From positions 4,588,001 to 4,652,000 of the forward strand of contig NC_081331.1 in NCBI RefSeq assembly GCF_022539665.2: a DNA stretch of 64,000 nucleotides, given 5' to 3'. A model generated the notes under the pieces. It was not told where the DNA came from. It searched no databases and was given only the letters and a program-made list of their open reading frames with translations. Made by a program: the position numbers and the translations under genes. Positions 27,467 through 36,728 of the stretch are shown one piece after another (within the stretch, counting starts at the first letter, position 1; each line of letters opens with the position of its first letter). This stretch comes from Daphnia carinata. Its lineage: Eukaryota.

Positions 27467-28852
27467 ATGGCCAATAAGCGCCGCGTGCGGAAGGCCATCA
27501 GCCTGTCGAACTACCCCCTTATCCGCGAATTCTTAGGAGAGCTTGCCGGGACCTTCGTTCTAGTGGTATACATACAAACAAAAAAACCTGGAACATCATC
27601 TTTTGAGCCTACCTGCAGTGATTCGCTGATCTTTTCTATCGACATGGCCCTCTTGCAAACGTCAAGTTATGCATTATCGGAACGCAGGCTCAAGCCGTTT
27701 TGACCAACGGGAAACTGGCAGAGTTCTTGGCTAACCGGATGGGTGAAGGATTTGGTAACGTTTAATTGTAGAATTTAATATAACTATGCCTTATTGATTG
27801 ATACCATAATGATGTTAAAACTTAACGAAACAACAAAACGAAGGTGTCATGGCCGGAGTTTGGATTGCTGGAGGCGTATCAGGTTTGTAAACTACTTTGA
27901 AAATGAGAGGCCCAGCTTTTTGTAACTGTTTGTAATTTTTGACTGGAGGTGCCCATTTAAACCCAGCCCTGTCGTTTGCCTTGGCCAGCACTGGAAAATG
28001 TAAGATGGAACCCCTTCATGCAAGACATAAACCAACAACTTTTTTTTTCTGTTTCTCATATAGTGCAATGGCGGAAATTACCGGTTTATTGGATAGCCCA
28101 ATATCTTGGTGCTTTCGCGGCTGCAGCTTGTGTCTTTGCAGTTTATCTCGGTTATACTACACGCTTGTCCTACAAGGGTTATTAAATATGTGTGATAATA
28201 TCTTTTCGCAAATTTAGAGGCAATTTTCTATCGCACCGGAGGTCAGTTTGTCATGACCGACGAGGACCCGGGATTCGCTGCCATTTTCGCTCCTTACCCA
28301 TCTGCCTATCTTTCACTGACGGGCGCTATTGTCGATTCAGTATAACTAATTTGAATATTCTCAAGAATTGAAATTAGTATTTTATTAAAATTATAATTCA
28401 TTACCAAGCTAAATTCCTACTCCAGTGCATTTAGGACTTTTAATTCAAACACAGTTTTCAAAAACAGATAGTTGGATCAGCATTGCTACTGATATGTGCC
28501 TCCGCCATAGCTGACCAAAGGAATTGCAAAGTCCCTGTTTCCCTCATTGCTTTCTACATGGGATTCGCCGTAATGGGTTTGGGCATAAGCTTTAGCATGA
28601 ACTGTGGCGTACCAATCAATCCTGCTAGAGATTTATCACCAAGGCTTTTCACTTACCTAGTCGGTTGGGGTCAACAAGTATTCAGGTATTGTTAAAGTTA
28701 AATAGTATTATGCCGCTTGATCAATACAATTGTTTCATTTCAGTTACAACGACTGGATGTGGTTTTGGATCCCTCTTGTGATCCCTCATTTCGGTGCTGT
28801 GCTTGGAGCTTTCATCTATATTATTTTTGTTGATGCCCACTGGCCCGCGTAA
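27467..28852 (+). CDS. Aquaglyceroporin 2, divergent tandem paralog
   Basis: Eight exons: 27467-27565, 27667-27754, 27844-27882, 27949-27999, 28064-28150, 28218-28339, 28468-28685, 28744-28852 (TAA). Intact frame with GELAGTFVLV, GVSGAHLNPALS, IFAPYP, NCGVPINPARDLSPR and WFWIPLVIPH. Confidence 0.93.
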
Positions 28853-29095
28853 ATGTATTGCTTAACCATAGACGTTTCAAATTAATGTGAAGCATGTTAA
28901 CCGAAATTTATTTCGAAGAATGTGACAGCAAAATCATGCGGTACAGAACAAAATTTCGATCATTTCAATAAAACAAATTTTAAAACTTATTATTTTTGTG
29001 TGGGGAAATCAATTTTCTTTGTAATATGATAGTACGGTTGATCACTTGATGGTGTAGAAAGCTCAAGTATATCAGCTAGAAAACAGATCTATACA

Positions 29096-29328
29096 GCTCA
29101 TTGTGGCTAAAATGGCAGCGCGTTTGATTACGACGCTGGACGTAGACGGTTCAATCCTGCAGTGAGCCATACCTATTAAGCCATACACAGCCCCTGAAAT
29201 CAAATTGATTCCTACATAGTCAATTATGAAATGGCCAATGGCTGCTGTGAAAATTACTTCAGACCTTAGCTATGACTTGTAGTCGTATAATGACTGCAAT
29301 GTTACGCAGGTTAATGAAACAATATTTT
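29096..29328 (+). mobile_element. Putative tRNA-derived SINE or tRNA pseudogene (copy A)
   Basis: 74-nt tRNA-like head at 29096-29169: acceptor-like stem GCTCATT/AGTGAGC, A-box-like TGGCTAAAATGG, B box GGTTCAATCC, and an anticodon region GCGCGTTTGATTACG resembling tRNA-Arg(ACG). The arms are degenerate. Possible 6-bp TSD TATACA at 29090-29095 and 29329-29334. Confidence 0.5.
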
Positions 29329-29781
29329 TATACAAACTGTGCAACCTCTGAATTTTCTTTGCGATCTCGGCGTACCCATTGAATGATCAATTATCAATAA
29401 TTTTTTCAAATCTTTTGAAACAGGCCTTACACATTGCCAGCTTCGATGTTTGTCCCGTTGATTGTGCAAAGGAGTACACACACATTTTGCTTTTGAAGTA
29501 ACTTTTAAAAAAGTGCTGTTTAACGAAGAAAATCCTTAATATTTCCCGTGTGTGCAGTATTAAAAAAATTTTACCGCAAAATTTTCGACTTTGTTATTTT
29601 CTAAATAATTTCTAAAACTGCTAAGAACTAATGTATACGTAACAAAATCCAGATTCCAGAAAAGCCATTCCCCCTTTGAAGAATGACGAGTTAAACAAAA
29701 GCGAATTCCTCCACTATTGGCAACCTTGGTAACCATAGTAATAGTTTCGTACGTAAAATTTACGTCGAAAAGAAATTAAAA

Positions 29782-30810
29782 ATGTCGAAAATCGACGTGA
29801 CAAAGTTGGATTTGTATGGTCTTTTTGAAGTTTCACCAGATGCTACAAGCCAAGAGATCAAAACAGCTTATCGCAAGAAAGCTTTAAAGGTTCACCCCGA
29901 TAAAAATCCAGGTAATGTTATGTACCATATGAAATTTAAATATCATATTGGTTCTAAGATAAGGTTCCAGCGTCAAATGATATAAGTTAGTTTAAGTTTC
30001 AAGAATCAAGTATGTAAACTTCTATGTTGTTTGCTAAAAAGATGTGTTTCTTCTTAACTTTCAGATAACCCTGAAGCAGCAAAACTTTTCCATCAGTTAT
30101 CAGAGGCACTCAAAGTTCTAACAGATGAATTTGCTAAAGCTGCATATGATCGTGTTCTTAGAGCAAAAAAAGAAACAGAACTAAGATATAAGCAGCTTGA
30201 CTCTAAAAGGAAGAAGCTCAAGGATGAGCTTGAAGCTCGAGAAAAAGCTTATCAAACATCTGGGAAGACCTTCCCAGAACGAAGTCCAAAAGAACAGCTC
30301 AAGGCTGAAATTGAACGACTGAGAAAACAAGGCTCAAATCAGTTAGCTGAAGAACAAGAGAAAATACGAGTTGAGTTGGCAAAGGAGAAAGAACAGTTAT
30401 CATCAATAGGACCTGTAAGTGCAAGACTGAAGCTATCATGGAAAGTTGACCCTGATGGTATAGACCCTTACTCTCAAGACAAACTCCACTCAATACTCCA
30501 GAAATATGGAAATATTCTTGCCCTTCTTATCTCAAGCAAGAAAAAAGGAAGTGCAATAGTGGAGTTTGCAAGCAAAAAAGATGCTGATTTGGCATATGCC
30601 GTGGAAAGGGGAATCCATGCTTGTCCATTGACACTTTCATGGATCAAAGGAGACCAGCCTACTCTCTCTCAACCTGTAAGACAGCCACCTCCAAGTTCGG
30701 TCGCTCCTATGTCGATGGCCGATTTTGAATCCAAAGTATTGCAGTCTATGAGAGAAGCCCAAGAGAGAAAACGACAACAGGAAAATAGTGCACAGCCTTT
30801 TCCAACGTGA
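29782..30810 (+). CDS. DNAJC17: DnaJ homolog subfamily C member 17 (J-domain, coiled coil, RRM)
   Basis: Exons 29782-29911 and 30065-30810 (phase-1 intron). J-domain [34 protein letters not shown], then AYD...[13 protein letters not shown], an RRM (RLKLSWK...KYG...[10 protein letters not shown]) and a C-terminal [18 protein letters not shown], the DNAJC17/Cwf23 architecture. Confidence 0.93.
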
Positions 30811-31319
30811 ACAGCCATGTACCTTTACTTTGTTTGAATATCATGAAAAACTATCGGCGATCCTAAAAAAAAAATTTTTAATAAGAAAAACTAGCTCTTG
30901 TTTGATTTTTCTTAACATGTAAGGCAAACCCAGCTACTCAGTAATTCTTGGTCCGAATTTTTAAGTAAATTATTTGATTTTAACAACTTGATTTGGTAAA
31001 ACGGCATGAAGTTAGCTAGTGGCCAATGCAATAAAGTCGACGAGCAAGAGGAATAGGAAATTAATTTCTTATTTTTCACAAGATCAAGTCAATAAACCCT
31101 CTGTAGTTTCGAGTTTAAAGTATGTTTGTCAGCTGATCTACAACATCCATGAACATTCAAGTTTTTCTTTAAAGTTTTTCCATCTCCATGAAAGCTAAGC
31201 GTACCCTAGAGCTGGAAGTTTGGCTCTTCCTTGTTCCCTTCCTTGTTTCGAAATTTTGACGAACGAGGGCGCAGTGAGTAAGTGTCGTGAGACTCCCGCG
31301 CTGTAGCAGGACTTCCTTT

Positions 31320-31553
31320 GTTGAAAAATGAAAACTGTACCAGTATGTGCGTAACATTACATTTCGTGTTGAATGCAAGCTATCGCACAGAACTGATTGT
31401 TTTCCACAGAAGGCCTTAGGCCGAACGCCGCTATCAACTATTTTACAGTTATAGCGGAGCTGGGACTGTGTTAATATTTTGGCTGAGCTCAGAATCGAAC
31501 TCGCAACCTTTTGCTTCGTAAGCCAGCGCTTTGACATCACACCCACGGTGAAC
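31320..31553 (-). mobile_element. Putative tRNA-derived SINE or tRNA pseudogene (copy B)
   Basis: Minus-strand 74-nt head at 31553-31480 with B box GAGTTCGATTCT and TTACG loop. It aligns without gaps to copy A (46/74 identities by my manual count). It shares the 11-mer AATGTTACGCA (31358-31348) about 200 nt downstream of the head start, as in copy A (29298-29308). Internal hairpin near 31428-31457. Confidence 0.5.
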
Positions 31554-31747
31554 ATTATTTGTATATTTAGTACTAAGGATACAATAGTTATCAAATAATT
31601 TGAAATACATAAATAGGAAAATAAATCAATATGACAATCTAAAGAAATTGTAATTTTAAGCTGGGTGAATATTTCCCTGACGATAAAACTAGACATAATT
31701 TACCCATCTTTTTGTTATAAAACGGGACTAAGTGCAACGGTCATATA

Positions 31748-32513
31748 TGTACAATGTACGTATACCTAACAAGTTTTCCTGATTTCAGTGTCAGCTATTT
31801 ACTGACGGCTCAGAGATACACGGTATAATCGTATACTTTTGTATTTCTAAGCTTATAAAACTAATAATCGTTTATTTTTGACCAGGTTTATGTTATAATT
31901 AAACTTCGATGGTAATATTTTCCAGGTGTCATCGCTTACGCATCATAATGGTGATCGACGCATTTCAATGCCTTTTTTGTATTCATCCTCCCATCTGTTT
32001 ATACAAAAGTCGCATCAAGTGGCATAGGATGATTCAGACACGGAAGTGGTTCAAACCCCATTTAAAGTCGCTGTTGAACAAAGTGGGTGCTGAGGATGAT
32101 AAGATATTTTTCATCTTAGCATGGGGGTTGGGGGTCTAAGAAAAAAAGACTAGACTATACTTTTTCCAGACATTTTTTCGTAACACCTGAGGCATTAGCA
32201 AAAGGTGTCTGGACTTAAAAACCCTTCCCAACTTATAGCGTTTTTTGCCCTAACCTTATTTAAAAAAGGTCAATAATTAATATGTTTTGCCCATAGATGG
32301 CTTTTTAAAAAAAAATCGGGTGTTCTTCTTTTTATGCAGGATACTGTACAATGTACGTATACCTAACAAGTTTTCCTGATTTCAGTGTCAGCTATTTACT
32401 GACGGCTCAGAGATACACGGTATAATCGTATACTTTTGTATTTAAGCAAACAAAATCGAATTTTGACCAGGTTTATGTTATAATTAAACTTCATGGTAAT
32501 ATTTTCCAGGTGT
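31748..32513. repeat. Direct duplication of ~170-180 bp (31748-31929 and 32345-32513) downstream of SMB gene 1
   Basis: A 99-bp identical block (31748-31846 = 32345-32443), then a diverged spacer, then a near-identical block TTTTGACCAGG...TTCCAGGTGT. Confidence 0.95.
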
Positions 32514-32565
32514 ACCGGGTGTCCGAATTCTGGCTCCATCCTACGTCGCATCAACTGTACCGAAT

Positions 32566-33875
32566 TTAAATGATTAAACCTGCAAAGCATAGCGCTGAAT
32601 AGTCGGGGCAGCAATTTCCGTAAGATGTGCACTGGCTGTTGCACTGGCAAGGCCACTTGGTATCGTAACCAGCAGTACAGCGTCCGTTGCAAGTATTACA
32701 GGTCGGAAGGAAATCAGCACAACAATCATTGTATGTCTGGCAGGAAGGATTACATTGGCATGGCTTAGTTGAATCAGTACCAGCAATGCCACATCTGCCG
32801 ACACAAGAATCGATTCCGCCGGACGAACCCGTTGTAGCTGTTCCTATGGTGGTTGTACCTGATAAAAAGCAAGTACTTTATGCGCGTGAAGTTAAGCAAT
32901 TATATGGTAAGAACATCAAAGAGTTTAACCGCTAACTAGTCTATCAACGGATCCCCAGTCAAATGCCACAGTTGCTAGATGTCAGAAATGATCTTCCATA
33001 TTTTGCAACTCTCATGTTTGTTTCTCAACCCTTCACACTCTTTCCACCCTTTGCATTCTTCCACCCGTAATTGGCGTCCACCCTAATTTGCCACCCTAAA
33101 ACCACGCTGTCAAATTCGCCCTTCTTTTGTTTCTCGCGCCTCTGTGAGTTGCTACCCGGCTGATGATCAGTGAGTGACGAATCAACCGTAAAAGCGTGAC
33201 GATTCTCCCTCTCTGAACCAAGTTAATTTTGTATCTGTGCATCAATCTAGCATATGACTGTAGGAACCTTGAAATTTTGGTGTCTTGTTTAAGTGGTCGG
33301 TAGCAAATTATCGACATTAGATGACCTCGAATGTGAAGATGGTTTTTTTTTATGCCACTTGAAAATTAAAGCATAGATTACCTGTTGGACCAACTCCACC
33401 GCAGAGATAGGCGTAGTCGGGGCAACAGTTGTCACTGATTACGCATTCTTCGGTACACTGACAGGGCCAATCGGGATTGTTTCCTTCAATACACCTTCCC
33501 CATGACGCACAACTGCTGCAAGTTGAGAGGAAATCGGTACAGCAGTCTCCTGTTAGGTTACAGGAAAATGGTAAATTTTAAAATCGATGTCTACAAAAAA
33601 CTCATCACATTAACAAACCTGCCGTTTGGCAAGAAGGATTGCACTGACATGACTGAGTGGGATCCGTTGCGGATTGGCCGCAACGGCCGATGCACGAATC
33701 GGTTACCTTGCTTGTCCTGACTGTCGTAAAGCCATTGGTAATATTTTTTTTGCCTCACTTAAAATATTGGTAATTTTATTAATTATTTACTTTCACGGAA
33801 GCTATTGGCTTTGGCCTCAGCCAACAATATGCCACTCGACAAACCACAGACGGCGATAAGAATCAAAAGCTTCAT
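32566..33875 (-). CDS. Secreted protein with four somatomedin-B domains (SMB gene 1)
   Basis: Exons 33875-33791, 33720-33619, 33549-33382, 32858-32566. Signal peptide MKLLILIAVCGLSSGILLAEA. Four 8-Cys units of the type SCxGRC...CQCxxxC...(D/N)CCxD(F/Y)xxxC, in two pairs separated by a Thr/Gly linker. Stop at 32568-32566, or splicing to 32070-32051. Confidence 0.9.
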
Positions 33876-34018
33876 AATGGCCACGTCCTGGTCTTGAAAA
33901 GAAATAATTATTTAAAGCCAAGATAAAAAGGAATTAAAATAATAGAAACAATATGACAGCATACAGGTTAGTTGAGGCTTTTATCAACAAGTAGCTTGAA
34001 CCGACTGTCGTACTTTTT

Positions 34019-34032
34019 CGGGTTTTATAGCC
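34019..34032 (-). promoter_or_regulatory. TATA box of SMB gene 1
   Basis: GGCTATAAAACCCG on the minus strand, with a CAGTC initiator-like motif ~25 nt downstream. Nearly identical to the SMB gene 2 TATA context. Confidence 0.55.
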
Positions 34033-34414
34033 ATTCACGCGTGATGGGGCGTGGTTACTTGAAACACACTAGGTAGCCGACTAAGGTAACTTCACAAGGT
34101 TGCAAATAAGCCCTCTCGGACTTTGAAACGGATACAATCCACTATTGATAGGCATACACATAGATTCGTGTACCACATAGATGCCGGTACAAGCCTTCTG
34201 CACGAAAACAGGTACAACTATCAAATAATATGGGTTTATTACTAATCAGTTCAAAGTATTTTTACTCACAAGTTGTAAATTAACGAGCAAGGACACCAAA
34301 AAAAAAATTTGGCATTCTTAAACATATATGATGAAGCTGCAAACTACATCATTTCAAAACAGTGGAGACCCGTCTCATTTCTTTCCGGTCGCTACCAATC
34401 TATCGGTGATTTTC

Positions 34415-35321
34415 TCATTGACACGAAGGGACATTATCAAGGTAATCACAGACTTGTAAATCCGGATTATAGTAGAGACCAGGTGGACAATTCTGCATAA
34501 ATAATAATACGTTTCATTATGGTTGCATAAGCTCCCATATTTAAAAATGTGTAGATTAAAGAAGCTTACCATGAGATATGCCTCCCCAGCAACGCATTCG
34601 TAGAATGAATGGCAGTCATCTGGGTTAGGATATTTGCCGAACATATCATTGGGGCAAGTGAAGCTACTTGCTGTGGTTGTTGCAATTGTAGTGGTGGTCG
34701 TTGTGGTGGTTTGCACGGTTGTTGTGACTAAAATAAAAATCCATCGACATTTATACTTACGGTATAAGCAAATTATATAGGTAAAATAATTTATTGGGCA
34801 AGGACCGAAGGCGAATATCGGTTTTCGCCATAGTTACTTGTGTCAGTACAACAAAGCATTAATGTCACTTTGCTTAGATAGCTTAACTGTATCATATTAA
34901 CAGAGTTTAGTTACCTCCTAGGCATAAAGCATCATAATCTGCGCAGCAATTGTCATAGGATGGGCATTCGACATTGCATTGGCAAGGCCACTTGTTATTA
35001 TAGTTAGCAGAGCAGCGTCCATTGCAAGTGTTACATGTAGCAAGAAAGTCATCGCAACAGTCCGCGTACGTTTGGCATGACAGGTTACATTGGCACGGCT
35101 GAGTTGAGTCGGTTCCGGATTGGCCACATCGACCTACGCAGGAGCCGGCTGCCTTGCTCGATATGACTGTTGAATAAAAGAAAATTCACTCAAAATAAAC
35201 TGATAGTAAACTTATTAATAAATCAACGATAGGTACGTTTGCGGAAGGTTTTCGGTTTGGCCTCCACTAATAGGGCGCTACTCATCATTCCGCAAACGGC
35301 GAGAACGGTCCACAAATTCAT
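34415..35321 (-). CDS. Secreted protein: 2x somatomedin-B, Thr-rich linker, chitin-binding peritrophin-A (CBM14/ChtBD2) domain (SMB gene 2)
   Basis: Exons 35321-35237, 35166-34915, 34727-34570, 34492-34415 (TGA). Signal peptide MNLWTVLAVCGMMSSALLVEA, two SMB units, linker TTTVQTTTTTTTTIATTT, then a 6-Cys CBM14: FTCPNDMFGKYPNPDDCHSFYECVAGEAYLMNCPPGLYYNPDLQVCDYLDNVPSCQ. Confidence 0.92.
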
Positions 35322-35420
35322 GATAATCCCGCTTTATGTTTTGAAAATGGAAAGAAAAAAAATGTTCACTCGCCTACGCCAAACGCAGCAGGATGCTTGG
35401 AAGTTTCCGAACGAAAATCC

Positions 35421-35455
35421 TGCACTGAATAGGGATCCGCTCGCGTTTTATAGCC
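35421..35455 (-). promoter_or_regulatory. TATA box and initiator of SMB gene 2
   Basis: GGCTATAAAACGCG (TATA 35452-35446), followed ~26 nt later by ATTCAGT (arthropod Inr-like TCAGT). Confidence 0.6.
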
Positions 35456-36096
35456 GTTTACTTGTGCTGGTTTGCAGAGGTGCTAAGAGGCGGAGTCATT
35501 ATGGAGGCTTCGTACATTTCACCACCGTCGATGAGAAAGAGTACTGAGATTAGTAAGGACGTAAGTTCAAGCTATGTTTTGACTTTGAGCAGATTCAGTT
35601 TTCGATCCCAAAATATAGATTAAACAAGATTTTTTCTACCAATTATTTGTCGAAATCCATGTCTTTCTGTCGATCAGTGATCATCACGTCTTCGTGTACA
35701 CAACTTTATGTCTGTATAGATATCAGCTAAGCCTAGAACAATTGAAAAAAATATACTCAATGCACTTGCATGTCATGTAGACGAAGGTCAATAGCTAAAA
35801 TATCCCAACACGACTGCGTAAGTTGTGATGGCCCTGTGCTATCACGACAAACACCTGTCAGCTCGAGTCACATGTTATAGGAATTCGAAGTTTAATCTAG
35901 GCCGAACGTCACGTTGTTACTATGGCGTAATAGAAATTTCTATGGGTTTTTTCTTGAGGTCCTTGCAACATTTAGCGTTTACTATCGAAAATCAAAGTGC
36001 ATAATAAACAAAAAGTACACATTTACATCTCGGTACATTGGTAGCAGTGTTTTGCTCACAGAAATTTTCGTTGCTAAATTTTAACTACTATAATAC

Positions 36097-36527
36097 CAGG
36101 CTTGCCGTAAGCGCGCTCACAAAATGTGCGAATTTCCCCTCTCGCTTACATTTTTAAGCGGCCGAGCCGCTTAACGGCATTTGAGCGTGATTACCGCCAC
36201 GCTTGAAAAAAATGTGCGATCAGTACCCGCTCAAAACGTGAAATTACCACGGAAAATAGCGCCACCTAACGGTCGATACCATAACTATTTATAAATTATT
36301 GCAGCCGACGCTTTCAAAAACTGCAAGTCATGCACAAGCAAGTATCGTTCCCTAGGCAACCTCCGTATATATAGCAGACAGCAGACGGCAGAAGACAAAA
36401 TGTGCGATAGGGCAGATTTTGAGCGCCGCACCACTCAAACACAATTGAGCGTGTTTGGTGATCCGCTCATTGCTTGTTAAGAGGTGCGGCGCACCAGCTT
36501 AAAATTTTAAGCGAAACGGCAAGCCTG
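36097..36527. mobile_element. hAT-superfamily MITE (431 bp, non-autonomous)
   Basis: Perfect 12-bp TIRs CAGGCTTGCCGT / ACGGCAAGCCTG. Perfect 8-bp TSD TATAATAC at 36089-36096 and 36528-36535. Internal repeated motifs (AAAATGTGCG x3, CGCTCA/TGAGCG). No ORF. An 8-bp TSD with CAG termini is characteristic of hAT. Confidence 0.92.
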
Positions 36528-36728
36528 TATAATACCATCCCAATAAATTGTACAATGCATAAAAAAAAAATAAAATAAAAAAAAATTATAGTTTTATTTT
36601 ATGCTCGGTAGAGTCCGCTGGTGGTTGTAGTACTACGTAGTAAGAACAAGAACAACAACAAAACGGACGAAACGTTGAAGTCTAGATTTTGTGTTCTTTA
36701 AATTTTAATCGTAAAAGTAATTTCTAGA

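Noticed and set aside
29096..29169. Functional tRNA-Arg gene
   Set aside because: The anticodon and T stems do not pair properly, so it is treated as a SINE head or pseudogene.
31169..31696. 175-aa minus-strand ORF
   Set aside because: It runs through the SINE-like element and AT-rich flank with no protein motifs; likely a chance ORF.
32396..35127. ORF-track proteins 32396-32692, 32574-32804, 32687-32935 and 34918-35127
   Set aside because: Alternative-frame or antisense shadows of the Cys-rich SMB exons.
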